Source of the DNA: a bacterium
Lineage (GTDB): Bacteria > Ratteibacteria > UBA8468 > B48-G9 > JAFGKM01
Direction of reading: 5' to 3'
Assembly: GCA_023230585.1 (NCBI GenBank)
Contig: JALNXB010000004.1
Location: forward strand, 10,196 to 74,195
DNA: 64,000 nt
Each line of letters starts with the position of its first letter. Position 1 is the first letter of the stretch. Positions 9,192 through 19,075 of this stretch are shown piece after piece. The translations under genes and the position numbers were made by a program. Under the pieces are notes generated by a model. It ran no database searches, was not told where the DNA came from, and worked only from the letters and a program-made list of their open reading frames with translations.

Positions 9192-10772
9192 TCAAATAGA
9201 TTTATGGAGTTTGTAGTCTATACTATCAATTAATGCTTTCCAGGAAGCTTCAATAATATTTTCAGAAACACCAAGAGTGCCCCAGGTAGAAGTCCCGTCG
9301 ATTGTTTCTATAACAACTCTTGTAACAGCAGCGGTAGCTTGCTCAGGTTGTAAGATTCTTACTTTATAATCTGTAAGTTTCATATCTTTTATTTCAGGAT
9401 AAAACTTCACCAAGGCTTTCCTTAAAGCATTATCTAATGCGTTCACAGGACCGTTACCTTCGCTTGCAGTATGGGCAGTTTCTCTTCCAACCTTTACTTT
9501 AACTGTCGCCTCTGAGACAACCTTTTTACCTCTTTTTTCAACAATCACCCTAAACCCTTCTATCTTAAACAATTGTTTATACTCGCCTATAGATTTTCTC
9601 ACCATTATATCAAAGGAACCTTCTGCCGATTCAAATTGATACCCTTGATTTTCAAGTTTGCTAACAGTATCAAGAAGTTTTTTTATAACCTCTGGTTTCT
9701 TCTCAAGTTCAAAACCTTTAGTCTTTTGAAGTATAGTACTTTTTCCAGACAACTCAGAAAGAAGTATTCTCCTTTCGTTTCCAACAAGTGCTGGATTTAT
9801 ATGTTCATAGGTTCGAGGATTCTTTCCAACAGCATCAATATGAACTCCACCTTTGTGAGCAAAAGCACTAAAACCAACAAACGGCTGAGAGTTAGGGGGA
9901 ACAATATTTGCTTTCTCATACACAAAACGAGAGATTTCTGTAAGATGAACTAAACTATCTTTTTCAAGACACTCTAAACCCATTTTAAGTTTTAATATAG
10001 GAATAATTATTGATAAATCAGCGTTTCCACATCTTTCACCTATACCATTAATAGTCCCTTGTATATGTGTAACACCTGCTTTTACAGCAGAAATAGAATT
10101 TGCAACACCAAGCCCCGCATCGTTATGGGTATGGATACCTATTGGTAACTCTATTTGTTGTTTAACTTTTTTGATAATCTCCTCTATTTCAAAAGGTAGC
10201 GTACCACCGTTTGTTTCGCATAAAACAATCTTTTCTGCGCCTCCTTCAGCGGCAGCAAGTAAAGCTTTCATTGCGTACTCAGGATTCATTTTATATCCAT
10301 CAAAAAAGTGTTCAGCGTCAAAAAAAACCCTCTTCCCCATACTACATAAATACTTTATAGAGTCTTCAATCATAAACAGATTCTCGTCTAAATCTGTCTT
10401 AAAAACATCAGTTACATGTAAATCCCAAGCCTTCCCAAATATTGCAACACATTCGGTTTGACTCTCAATAAGTTTTTTAAGAAAATTATCGTCTTTAGCA
10501 GAAACAGATTTTCTTCTTGTACTTCCAAAGGCTACAATTTTTGATTTTTTTAATTTTTTGTTTCTGATTTTTTTAAAAAAAGTTATATCTTTTGGGTTAG
10601 AACCTGGCCAACCGCCTTCAATAAAATCTATTCCAAAAGAATCGAGTTTTTCTGCAATTCCAAGTTTATCAGATAATGAAAAAGAGATAGATTCTCCCTG
10701 AGAACCATCCCTTAAGGTTGTATCATAAATTTCTACTCTGTTCATAACTACCTCCATACATACTTTTTCCAA
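9192..10772 (-). CDS. Citramalate synthase / 2-isopropylmalate synthase family (CimA-like length)
   Basis: RVEIYDTTLRDGSQGE, HTHNDAGLGVANS, and a C-terminal LeuA-dimer-like regulatory domain. ~520 aa fits CimA-type enzymes. The true start is probably the internal MNRVEIYD (about 10745). Confidence 0.82.
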   Translation of the reverse strand: MEKVCMEVVMNRVEIYDTTLRDGSQGESISFSLSDKLGIAEKLDSFGIDFIEGGWPGSNPKDITFFKKIRNKKLKKSKIVAFGSTRRKSVSAKDDNFLKKLIESQTECVAIFGKAWDLHVTDVFKTDLDENLFMIEDSIKYLCSMGKRVFFDAEHFFDGYKMNPEYAMKALLAAAEGGAEKIVLCETNGGTLPFEIEEIIKKVKQQIELPIGIHTHNDAGLGVANSISAVKAGVTHIQGTINGIGERCGNADLSIIIPILKLKMGLECLEKDSLVHLTEISRFVYEKANIVPPNSQPFVGFSAFAHKGGVHIDAVGKNPRTYEHINPALVGNERRILLSELSGKSTILQKTKGFELEKKPEVIKKLLDTVSKLENQGYQFESAEGSFDIMVRKSIGEYKQLFKIEGFRVIVEKRGKKVVSEATVKVKVGRETAHTASEGNGPVNALDNALRKALVKFYPEIKDMKLTDYKVRILQPEQATAAVTRVVIETIDGTSTWGTLGVSENIIEASWKALIDSIDYKLHKSI

Positions 10773-10794
10773 CCGCTAAATAATGTGCTTACCT

Positions 10795-11976
10795 TCAACT
10801 TTCAAACAATTTTGATGACAAAAGAAGAGCAGCAGTCAGTTCTATTCTTTCAAAAAGAGTTTCCGTTAAAATATATTCATCTTCTGTTCTATCAAGGTCA
10901 CCCACAGGACCAAGACCATCGATTGAAGGTACTCCAACAGAGGAAAGCCAACTGGCATCAGAGCCACCACTGCGGTGTTCTTCTATTACTTTCTGCCCAA
11001 TAGAAGAAGCAACTTCTGAAACAAGGTTAAAAAGTTTTGTCCCTTCTTGACTTTCTGCTAACGGTGGACGGTGTTTACCTTTAATCAAATTAAGTTTACA
11101 ACCATCAACCGTAGGTTTTAATATTGAAGTTTCAATTTTTTGGAGCATTGTGTTGAGTTCAGACTCATCCCAAACTCTTATCTCAAAATTGCATACTGCT
11201 TTATCTGGCACAATGTTAGTAGCAAGTCCTCCTTGCGCCATTCCAACGTTTATAGTTAACCTGTCTCTTCCAAGATTAAGAGATTCTAACCATACAATTC
11301 TATGGGCTATCTCTAATAGAGCACTTATTTTGGACCCATAGTATAACCCTGCGTGGGCAGCTACCCCAGTAGCTTCGAGGGTATAATCGGTAATACCAAT
11401 CCTTTTAGTGACAACAGTACCACCTACTCCTCCATCTTCATAAACAAGACCTTTAACAACTTTGTCTTTTAGCCCAAGAAAGATTTTTTTAGAATCTAAT
11501 GAACCTGTCTCTTCCTCTGAATTAAAAACAACTTTCACTGGTATTTCATCAAGAAGGCCGCAGATATCAAGAACTTTTAAAGCCCAAACTATTACCGTTA
11601 GACCTGCTTTCATATCATTAACTGCAGGACCTATTAATTTGTCGCCCTTTTCGTAAAGTTTATTAAAAGGTACATCTGGTTTAAATAAGGTGTCCATATG
11701 TCCAACAAGAACAACAGGTTTATCATATTTTCCATCTTTGGTATAAATATGGTGCTTTGCATATTTAACACCACCATCAACTGTTTGATGTTGAAAAACT
11801 TTGGGCATTTCGGTACCTAAAATAGCCGCAACCTTATCTACCCCTTCGGTGTTATAAGTGTAACTGTTCTGATTGACAAGAGATTCAAGAAACTTTTTTA
11901 TATTTTCTTTTTCCTTACCTATTACTTGCCTTATTTTAGTAAGTTTTTCCATTATATTGACTCCTTTTTTGGTCAA
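10795..11976 (-). CDS. M20-family metallopeptidase (carboxypeptidase G2 / ArgE-like)
   Basis: VLVGHMDTLF, NSEEETGS and GGSDAS are motifs typical of M20/M25/M40 peptidases. 393 aa. Confidence 0.8.
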   Translation of the reverse strand: MTKKGVNIMEKLTKIRQVIGKEKENIKKFLESLVNQNSYTYNTEGVDKVAAILGTEMPKVFQHQTVDGGVKYAKHHIYTKDGKYDKPVVLVGHMDTLFKPDVPFNKLYEKGDKLIGPAVNDMKAGLTVIVWALKVLDICGLLDEIPVKVVFNSEEETGSLDSKKIFLGLKDKVVKGLVYEDGGVGGTVVTKRIGITDYTLEATGVAAHAGLYYGSKISALLEIAHRIVWLESLNLGRDRLTINVGMAQGGLATNIVPDKAVCNFEIRVWDESELNTMLQKIETSILKPTVDGCKLNLIKGKHRPPLAESQEGTKLFNLVSEVASSIGQKVIEEHRSGGSDASWLSSVGVPSIDGLGPVGDLDRTEDEYILTETLFERIELTAALLLSSKLFES

Positions 11977-12078
11977 AGTTTAAGTGTTAATAAATTGTCC
12001 TATCATTATAACAGAAAACAAGAAAATAAGAAACTTGAAGGGGGTTTAAGATTTTTTTGCATTCTTTCTTCTTATTTA

Positions 12079-12116
12079 GTCATCCTAAACTTGTTTCAGT
12101 AACCTGCCTTTGCATT
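12079..12116 (+). repeat. Degenerate module A copy plus CTGCCTTTGCA tail
   Basis: GTCATCCTAAACTTGTTTCAGTAAC followed by CTGCCTTTGCATTTCT. Compare CTGCCTTTGCAATTTCT at 9171-9187. Confidence 0.55.
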
Positions 12117-12130
12117 TCTTTTGTAGAATT

Positions 12131-12159
12131 TTGACATTTGCAGTAAATTAAAGTAAATT
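12131..12159 (+). promoter_or_regulatory. Candidate promoter of the nfeD-like gene
   Basis: TTGACA (12131-12136), 17-nt spacer, TAAATT (12154-12159). The -10 box ends only 7 nt before the ATG at 12167, implying a very short or absent leader. It overlaps a tandem 10-mer AGTAAATTAA x2 (12142-12161). Confidence 0.35.
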
Positions 12160-12166
12160 AAAGGTT

Positions 12167-13456
12167 ATGAAAAAGATATTATTTTTAATACTTTTAGTAA
12201 CGCTTTTAGTCTCACCACAAAAACTGTTTTCAAAAGAGAATGTAGGATACATATTAAATGTTGATAGTTCTATTGGACCTATCACCTATTATCAAATAAA
12301 GAGTGTTATTAGGTTAGCAGAAAAAAATAGAGCCGATTTTATTATACTTGTTATAGATACACCAGGTGGGTTGTTATCCTCTACAAGAAAGATTGTACAA
12401 GAGATTTTATCAAGCGAAGTTCCAGTTATATCTTACATATCTCCCAGGGGGGCTCAGTGTGCTTCAGCTGGTGTTTTTATTGCTCTTTCAAGTCATATCA
12501 TTGCTATGTCCCCTGCAACAAATATTGGAGCTGCTCACCCAGTTAGTCTTACCTCAAACTCTGATGAAACTGTAAATACAAAACTTGTAAATGATACAGT
12601 AAGTTTTATTAAAAGTATTGCTGTTCACAGAAAAAGAAATCCCGAGTGGGCTGAAAAAGCTGTCAGAGAAAGTATTTCTTCAACAGAGATAGAAGTTCTT
12701 AAGGAGAATGTTATTGATGTTATTTCCCAAGATATTTTCCAACTTACTTCTGAAATAGATGGTAAAAAAATTATTATAAATGAACGTGAAACTATTTTAA
12801 ATACTAAAAATCCGAAAATTATTCCATATAAAGAGAGTTTTAAAGAAGATGTTCTAAAAGTTATAGCACACCCAAATATAGCCTATATATTGTTGATGAT
12901 TGGTTTTGCAGGTATTCTACTTGAGTTTTATAACCCTGGTTTTGGAGTGCCAGGAATAGTGGGAACTATTTCTTTAATTCTTGCTTTTTTTGCCCTCCAC
13001 GCATTACCTATCAATATTGCTGGAATTTTTCTTATTGTTGCAAGTCTTATCTTTTTTGCAATAGAAGCTGTTACCGCTTCCTTTGGGCTTTTTATTATTT
13101 CAGGTATCGTTTCTCTTTTTTTAGGTTCTATGCTTCTGTTTAAACCTACTGCAGATGTTAATATCCCATATTTTTTAATATTTACAATTTCATTTTTTGT
13201 TTCTTTGATGCTCTTTTTGTCATTATTCTTTATAATTAGAACAAAGAAAAAGAAAGTTACTACAGGAAAAGAAGGTATGATAGGGGAGAAAGGTAAGACT
13301 TTAACTGCTTTATCACCTGAAGGAACAGTTTTTGTTCACGGAGAATACTGGACAGGTATTTCAAATGAAGAAGAAATCCCAGCTGATACTGAGGTTGAAG
13401 TAATTGATATCACTAATTTTAAACTTACTGTTAAAAGAACAGAACGGAAAGGGTAA
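12167..13456 (+). CDS. NfeD-family membrane-bound ClpP-class serine protease
   Basis: Signal peptide, ClpP-like domain (DTPGGLLSSTRKIV, PRGAQCASAGVFI), several TM helices, and a C-terminal NfeD OB-like domain (GEKGKTLTALSPEGTVFVHGEYW). No SPFH/stomatin partner follows. Confidence 0.85.
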   Translation: MKKILFLILLVTLLVSPQKLFSKENVGYILNVDSSIGPITYYQIKSVIRLAEKNRADFIILVIDTPGGLLSSTRKIVQEILSSEVPVISYISPRGAQCASAGVFIALSSHIIAMSPATNIGAAHPVSLTSNSDETVNTKLVNDTVSFIKSIAVHRKRNPEWAEKAVRESISSTEIEVLKENVIDVISQDIFQLTSEIDGKKIIINERETILNTKNPKIIPYKESFKEDVLKVIAHPNIAYILLMIGFAGILLEFYNPGFGVPGIVGTISLILAFFALHALPINIAGIFLIVASLIFFAIEAVTASFGLFIISGIVSLFLGSMLLFKPTADVNIPYFLIFTISFFVSLMLFLSLFFIIRTKKKKVTTGKEGMIGEKGKTLTALSPEGTVFVHGEYWTGISNEEEIPADTEVEVIDITNFKLTVKRTERKG

Positions 13457-13462
13457 AGACAT

Positions 13463-13512
13463 AGGCAAGGATAAAAGAGGAGATTGCCACGTCATTTAAA
13501 AACACTCCTCCC
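13463..13512 (+). repeat. Fragment of repeat module F core
   Basis: GGAGATTGCCACGTCATTTAAAAACACTC aligns with GAGATTGCCACGTTAAGAAACACTCGC at 60064-60090. It lies between two plus-strand genes. Confidence 0.55.
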
Positions 13513-13577
13513 AACTCCACAAAACAGCAATAAAAGTAATATAAACATTATTTAACATCCAAACAAAGGAGTAGAAG

Positions 13578-14222
13578 ATGAAAAATTTTTATGAGACTGA
13601 TATTTGGCGTATCTTTAGGATAATGGCTGAGTTTGTTGAAGGGTTTGAAGCTCTTGAAAAAACTAAAAACGGGATAACAGTTTGGGGTTCAGCAAGAGTT
13701 AAGGAAGATAATATTTGGTATAAAAAAGCCGTTAAAACTGGGGAATTACTTGTAAAAGAAGGTTATTCTGTTATTACTGGTGGAGGACCCGGTATAATGG
13801 AGGCAGCTAACAAAGGCGCTTCGCTTGCTAATGGGGATTCTATTGGGCTTAATATAGAACTTCCACACGAACAAAAACCTAACCCTTACATTAAAACTCT
13901 TATATCTTTTAAGTATTTTTTCACGCGAAAAGTTATGTTTTTAAAGTATACAAAAGGATTTATTATTTTCCCAGGCGGCTATGGAACTCTTGATGAGTTT
14001 GCTGAAACCATTACATTGATACAGACTCGACGTATTCACAAATTTCCTATTGTGCTTATGGGTAAAGAGTATTGGGAAGGGCTCCTTAAATGGTTAGATA
14101 AGAGATTATTGGTTGACGATTACATAGAAAAACAAGATTTAAATCTTTTTCAGATAGCAGAAGAGCCAGAAGAGGCTATAGAGATAATTCAGGATTTTCG
14201 TAAAAATAATATCCCTTACTAA
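13578..14222 (+). CDS. LOG-family (TIGR00730) nucleotide phosphoribohydrolase
   Basis: GGGPGIMEAANKGA and PGGYGTLDEF signature motifs. 214 aa. Confidence 0.88.
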   Translation: MKNFYETDIWRIFRIMAEFVEGFEALEKTKNGITVWGSARVKEDNIWYKKAVKTGELLVKEGYSVITGGGPGIMEAANKGASLANGDSIGLNIELPHEQKPNPYIKTLISFKYFFTRKVMFLKYTKGFIIFPGGYGTLDEFAETITLIQTRRIHKFPIVLMGKEYWEGLLKWLDKRLLVDDYIEKQDLNLFQIAEEPEEAIEIIQDFRKNNIPY

Positions 14223-14307
14223 TTCTCTTAAATTTTAAATTAAGAAAGTTGACTTTTTGATAGGAAATCTTATTTGAAAAGACCGTTTTGATACTGTTAA
14301 TAACGGA

Positions 14308-15666
14308 TTATTGGCTATTTACAAACTGATATATTTCAGAAAGATACGCTTTTGCAATAGATTGGTTTTCTCCTTCAACATATACCCTTAAAATAGGTTC
14401 TGTCCCTGAAGGTCTAATATGTATCCAGCCATCTTTTCTTATAATTTTTATACCATCATCAAGGTTTACTTCTTCGTTTTTACTATATTTATCTCTTATG
14501 GCTTGTAATATACTGGTTTTCTTGACTTCTTCTAATACCAATTTTTCTTTTATCATAATATATCTTGGTAAAACTGATAGTATTTCGGAAACTTTTTTAT
14601 CTTTAACTGCCATAAGTTCAAGTATAAGAGCCATTGCAACATAACTATCTCTACCGTAATGTATTGAAGGTAAAATAACTCCACCGTTACCTTCACCACC
14701 TATAATAGCATTCTTTTCTTTCATCTTTTCAACAACATTTACCTCACCAATCTTACTCCTGTAAACATTTACATCAAACATATTTGATACATACTCAATA
14801 ATTGAAGAGGTAGACAAGTTGACTGCAACAGAGCCTCTCTCTTTTTCAAGAATATTTAATACCGATAATGCAAGGGTTAACTCTTCACCAGGTATAACCC
14901 CATCTTCACAAACAAATGCCAACCTATCACAATCTGGGTCTTGAGCAAACCCTATATCTGCTTTTTCCTCAACAACTTTTTTAGATAACTCTTTAAGGTT
15001 CTCAGGTAACGGTTCAGGATTATGAGAAAAGACACCGGGCGGTTCTGCGTTTATAACCACCGTCTTACAACCAAGTCCTTCTAAAAACAAACGGGTTTCA
15101 AAAGCCCCTACCCCTTGGCAAACATCAACAACTACTTTAAATTTCCTCTCTCTTATTTTTGCAAGGTTCACTTTATTATATATATCATTAAAAAAAGATT
15201 CTCTATATGTTTCGTTTTGAGAGGAAATTATTTTACCAGGTTGAGAAGGTATTTGATAAGAATCAATATTCTTATATATACTTAAAAACTCTGCCCCTTC
15301 TTTTTCATTTAGAAAGGTCCCTTTAGATGATACAAACTTTAAACCGTTATACTCTTTAGGGTTATGGCTTGCAGATATCATAACACCGCATACATTGGGA
15401 TTCTTCTCTATTATGTATGTAAGTAGAGGAGTTGAGCCAACATTTAGATCTATAACATTTATTCCAGCAGAAAGTAGCCCAGACAAAAGAGCATACTTTA
15501 AAGTTGAACCGCTAATTCGTGTATCTTGCGCTACAAAAACATCCTTACCGCTTGAATAAACTCCAAAGGCAAATCCAAATTTATAAACAGTTTCAGGAGA
15601 TAATGGTAACGGGTAAATACCTCTAATTCCTGCAACGCTTATAATAAGTTTTTTCTCCATATTCAT
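14308..15666 (-). CDS. Phosphohexomutase (phosphoglucosamine / phosphomanno / phosphoglucomutase family)
   Basis: Active-site ISASHNPKEYNGLKF, metal loop FAQDPDCDRL, GGEGNGG sugar loop. 452 aa. Confidence 0.85.
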   Translation of the reverse strand: MNMEKKLIISVAGIRGIYPLPLSPETVYKFGFAFGVYSSGKDVFVAQDTRISGSTLKYALLSGLLSAGINVIDLNVGSTPLLTYIIEKNPNVCGVMISASHNPKEYNGLKFVSSKGTFLNEKEGAEFLSIYKNIDSYQIPSQPGKIISSQNETYRESFFNDIYNKVNLAKIRERKFKVVVDVCQGVGAFETRLFLEGLGCKTVVINAEPPGVFSHNPEPLPENLKELSKKVVEEKADIGFAQDPDCDRLAFVCEDGVIPGEELTLALSVLNILEKERGSVAVNLSTSSIIEYVSNMFDVNVYRSKIGEVNVVEKMKEKNAIIGGEGNGGVILPSIHYGRDSYVAMALILELMAVKDKKVSEILSVLPRYIMIKEKLVLEEVKKTSILQAIRDKYSKNEEVNLDDGIKIIRKDGWIHIRPSGTEPILRVYVEGENQSIAKAYLSEIYQFVNSQ

Positions 15667-15675
15667 TATTACCTC

Positions 15676-16353
15676 TTACAATTGTTCCATCTTTATAAAG
15701 ACTTTTTCTAGCCCCATAGTTTCTATATCTTCAAGTGTATAACTATCTTTTATGAGAAAATTACCTACCTTGGTTCGCTTTAATTCTGTTTGTGTTCCTC
15801 CACAACCAAGTTTATTACCTATATCTCTGCATAAGGCTCTAATATAAGTTCCTTTTGAACAAACAACCCTAAATTGTATATAGGGTATTTGAAGATTTAA
15901 AAGTTCAATATCTTTAATAAAAACTTTTCTTGGGGAAGGTGCAACTATAACACCTTTTCTATAATGTTTGTATAGTGGCTTACCTTTATGCTTAATAGCA
16001 GAAACAATAGGCGGTATCTGCTCAATCTCTCCTTTAAATCCCCTAACTACTTCCATAACTTGAGATTCATCCACAGATACTGGATTTTCTTCTACTACTT
16101 TTCCGTCAATATCGTCGGTATCAGTCTTTTTTCCAAGAACCATTTTTGCCACGTACTCTTTTTCCATTCCCATAAACATAGTAGCTAATTTTGTTGCTTT
16201 ACCTATACATACAACAAGAACCCCCTGCGCAAGAGGGTCAAGGGTTCCTGAATGACCAATCTTTTCTTTAATATTATATTTTCTTTTAAAAAACCTTATT
16301 ACATCGTAGGAAGTAATACCTGACGGTTTATTTACCACTATTATTCCGTTCAT
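15676..16353 (-). CDS. truB: tRNA pseudouridine(55) synthase
   Basis: MNGIIVVNKPSGITSYDV and GHSGTLDPLAQGVL (catalytic Asp). The track ORF starts at 16464, but its first 37 codons overlap the upstream gene, so I use the internal Met at 16353. Confidence 0.86.
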   Translation of the reverse strand: MNGIIVVNKPSGITSYDVIRFFKRKYNIKEKIGHSGTLDPLAQGVLVVCIGKATKLATMFMGMEKEYVAKMVLGKKTDTDDIDGKVVEENPVSVDESQVMEVVRGFKGEIEQIPPIVSAIKHKGKPLYKHYRKGVIVAPSPRKVFIKDIELLNLQIPYIQFRVVCSKGTYIRALCRDIGNKLGCGGTQTELKRTKVGNFLIKDSYTLEDIETMGLEKVFIKMEQL

Positions 16354-17329
16354 TATTCTTTTTAATCTCCGCAACAATTTTTTTAATAGATTCTGATATA
16401 GATAAATTCTCCAACTCGCACCCTGCTGCCTGTTTGTGCCCACCCCCACCAAACTTTCTTGCAACCGTTTCTACATCATACCCATCCTTACTTCTTAAAC
16501 TAACCTTAATATTCTTGTCTTCTTTTAATAAAAAAACAGTTTTAAATTCTTTTAAAGCAAGCAACATCTCTACAAAACCTTCTGTGTTTTCTGCTGTTGT
16601 TTTAGTTGCTTCATACATTTTTTTGTCAACATACATCCAAGCAATTTTTTCTTTCAGGTTATAGTCTAAAGTTTGTAAAGAAAGAGTAAGCAACTCAATA
16701 TATTTTAAAGGTTTTTGCATATAAATTTTTCCAGATATTTCTGCAGGGGATATACCTGTATCGAGTAATTTCTGGACAGCGTTTAAAGTGTTTTTACCTA
16801 CATTATATATAAAACTACCTGTATCTGTAATTATTGAAGTATAAAGACAGATCGCTTGCTCCTTTGAAAGTTGGTCGTATCTTTCCAGGACCTTCAGTAC
16901 CATCTCTCCTGTTGAGGAGTAACCAGCATCAACAAAATTAATTGTCCCAAAACAAGTATTCAAAAAATGGTGGTCAATATTAATTATAGTAGATGTTTTT
17001 TTAACAAAGGAAGCAATTTCTCCTGCCCTTTCCAGAGTGCCACAATCTAAAACTATACTTACATTTGGCTCAGCAAGAGATTTGCTCGGGGAGTTTTTTA
17101 TATCATTGATATAAGGAAGAAAATTATAGATTTCAGGGGCTTTATCTTGATTAACTATCTCAACAGTTTTTCCAAGTTTTTTAAGGAGAAGATATATGGC
17201 TATTTCACTTCCAAGCCCGTCTCCATCAATATTATAATGAGAAGTTATAATAAAATTATCTTCATTATTAAAAAGAGCAACTATCTTATCTATTAGTAAA
17301 GTTTCTTTGTCAAACTCTTTCATAGTCAT
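16328..17329 (-). CDS. DHH/DHHA1 phosphoesterase (NrnA-like oligoribonuclease / pAp phosphatase)
   Basis: HYNIDGDGLGS, NIDHH and GGGGH motifs. 333 aa. Confidence 0.85.
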   Translation of the reverse strand: MTMKEFDKETLLIDKIVALFNNEDNFIITSHYNIDGDGLGSEIAIYLLLKKLGKTVEIVNQDKAPEIYNFLPYINDIKNSPSKSLAEPNVSIVLDCGTLERAGEIASFVKKTSTIINIDHHFLNTCFGTINFVDAGYSSTGEMVLKVLERYDQLSKEQAICLYTSIITDTGSFIYNVGKNTLNAVQKLLDTGISPAEISGKIYMQKPLKYIELLTLSLQTLDYNLKEKIAWMYVDKKMYEATKTTAENTEGFVEMLLALKEFKTVFLLKEDKNIKVSLRSKDGYDVETVARKFGGGGHKQAAGCELENLSISESIKKIVAEIKKNNERNNSGK

Positions 17330-18428
17330 ACAGATTTTCCCTTAACCTTTCTTTAAGGTTTTCTATCCCCTCGCCTGTAACAGCTGAAACAAGAACGCCA
17401 TCACTTAGATTGTTCTGCATAATGTTTTTTTCTTCTGGTGCCAATAAATCTATCTTATTATAAACATCTATCCTTTTTTTATCGTCTACACCAAGCATTT
17501 TGAAAACGTCAGAAACAGTGTCTTTCTGTCGTGCAAGATTGTTTTTTGATATATCAAAAACAACCATTATCAGGTCAGCGTATTTTACTTCTTCAAGTGT
17601 TGATTTGAACGCTTCTATCAAATGGTGCGGTATATTATAAAGAAGTCCAACAGTATCACTTACAAGACATATTTTTTCATTACCAATATGAACAGCCCTG
17701 GTAACTGGGTCAAGAGTAGCAAACAATTTGTTTGCTACATATAAATCCGAAGAACTCAACCTATTCAAAAGTCTACTTTTACCAACATTTGTGTACCCCA
17801 TTAGAGCAACTACAGGAAAATTTTCTCTGCGTTTTGATTCTCTTATAATTTTTCGGTGTTTTTCTACACCTTTTATTTCGCGCCTTAACTTATATATTCG
17901 AGATTTGATTCTTCTACGATGAACCTCAAGTTTCATTTCGCCAGGACCTTTTGTAGCAAAACCTCCTCCTATTCTTGATAGTTCAATACCGTGTCCGGTC
18001 AAGCGAGAAAGAATATAATCAAGTTGTGCCAATTCAACCTGAATCTTACCTTCTTTGGTTTTAGCGTGGTTACCAAATATATGAAGAATTAGTCCAGTTC
18101 TATCTATAACTTGTAAACCCAAAGATTCTTCTAAATTTCTTTGTTGGATAGGTGATAAGTCATCACTGAAAACAATAAAAGATGGGGTTAAAACATCTGT
18201 ATCTTTCTTTAATTCATTTAGTTTACCTGCCCCGAGATAAGTAGCAGGATTAACATAGTTAAGTTTAATTAAATATTCTTTAAGAATTACAAACCCAAGA
18301 GTGCGAGATAACGATTGGAGTTCAGTAATTTCTTCTTGTGTATCTCTGGTATATCTTTTCTTAAAATTGACAAGAAAAATCTTTTTACCTACAAATGGTT
18401 CGTTAGGTAATTGGTCAATATTTTTCAC
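17310..18428 (-). CDS. hflX: GTPase HflX
   Basis: HflX N-domain (LSPIQQRNLEE, LAQLDY) and G-domain GYTNVGKSRLLNRL, DTVG, NKID. 372 aa. Confidence 0.9.
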   Translation of the reverse strand: MKNIDQLPNEPFVGKKIFLVNFKKRYTRDTQEEITELQSLSRTLGFVILKEYLIKLNYVNPATYLGAGKLNELKKDTDVLTPSFIVFSDDLSPIQQRNLEESLGLQVIDRTGLILHIFGNHAKTKEGKIQVELAQLDYILSRLTGHGIELSRIGGGFATKGPGEMKLEVHRRRIKSRIYKLRREIKGVEKHRKIIRESKRRENFPVVALMGYTNVGKSRLLNRLSSSDLYVANKLFATLDPVTRAVHIGNEKICLVSDTVGLLYNIPHHLIEAFKSTLEEVKYADLIMVVFDISKNNLARQKDTVSDVFKMLGVDDKKRIDVYNKIDLLAPEEKNIMQNNLSDGVLVSAVTGEGIENLKERLRENLYDYERV

Positions 18429-18742
18429 TTTTGGACAATATTCTCCACCTTTAAAACCATCAAACTATCTCTATACCCAATACCTCTCTTATATCCTGTT
18501 TTAGCTTTCTTCTTAAAAGAATAGATTTTTTTACCCTTTTTCTCGCTAATAATTTCACACTGAACAAGAAAATTTTTAAGTTTTTCTTCCTCAACAATAA
18601 TTGAGTCTTTATCGTCAAGTATACATATTGGAGTAAACTCTACCTTCTCTCCAACTTTTTTATCTTTCAATTTTAGTATGGTAAACTCCAAACCTTTTTT
18701 TACTCTAACTTGTGTTCCACCTAAATCTATTAATGCATCCAT
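18425..18742 (-). CDS. rplU: 50S ribosomal protein bL21
   Basis: 105 aa. The pattern GGTQVRVKKG...F..I...........KKGKKIYSFKKKAKTGYKRGIGYRDSL matches the bL21 layout (GGKQ.RV..G ... KI..FK.KRRK...R..GHRQ). 4-nt overlap with hflX. Confidence 0.8.
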   Translation of the reverse strand: MDALIDLGGTQVRVKKGLEFTILKLKDKKVGEKVEFTPICILDDKDSIIVEEEKLKNFLVQCEIISEKKGKKIYSFKKKAKTGYKRGIGYRDSLMVLKVENIVQK

Positions 18743-18792
18743 TTGTTTTCTCCTTTATTTTGCATTTTTTATAAAATGTTCTAATTTTGTTT

Positions 18793-19056
18793 TTTTTCCT
18801 CGCCTGCTAACAACCTCCCCTCACCTTGAATCCTCTTCCCTAAGGGGAGAGGCGAGTGGGGCGGAGATTGCCATCTTTTGCCTTCAGCCCCTCGGGGGGT
18901 GTTCGGGATAAATCCAGAATAACATACAAGGGTAACCTCATCCCATTAACTTCTCTGCAAACCCTTGGGGACTTACTACCCTAATACCCTCAAGGGAGAA
19001 GGTAAAGAGAGGTGCATTTTTTTTCGCCTTCGACGACTTTATCTTTACCCGCTAAC
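18793..19056 (+). repeat. Composite intergenic repeat (modules C, E, F-head fragment)
   Basis: C: TTTCCTCGCCTGCTAACAACCTCCCCTCACCTTGAATCCTCTTCCCTAAGGGGAGAGGCGAGTGGGGCGGAGATTGCCA, about 90% identical by eye to 29213-29290. E: CTCATCCCATTAACTTCTCTGCAAACCCTTGGGGACTTACTACCC. It lies between the valS stop and the rplU start. Confidence 0.88.
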
Positions 19057-19075
19057 TTAAATACATAAGTAATTA

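Noticed and set aside
12142-12161. Tandem 10-mer AGTAAATTAA x2 upstream of the nfeD-like gene as an operator or iteron
   Set aside because: There are only two AT-rich copies overlapping a putative -10 region. That is too little information to distinguish it from chance in AT-rich DNA.
14223-14307. Convergent-gene spacer (LOG / phosphohexomutase) searched for an intrinsic terminator
   Set aside because: Only a weak 5-bp stem (CCGTT...AACGG) with a 14-nt loop and no T-run is present, so it is not supportable.
15676-16464. N-terminal extensions of track ORFs: truB to 16464, the 4,6-dehydratase to 54548, rfbF to 55397, the cimA-like gene to 10772
   Set aside because: The extensions overlap upstream genes or repeat DNA and precede the conserved family N-termini. 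Internal Met codons with better spacing or SD were preferred; cimA was left at the track coordinate with a note.
18678-18911. Track ORF 18678..18911 (plus, 77 aa). Similar repeat-derived ORFs are 56267..56449, 54446..54787 and 54505..54702
   Set aside because: They overlap real genes in antisense at one end and repeat modules C/E/F at the other. They are phantom translations of hairpin repeats.
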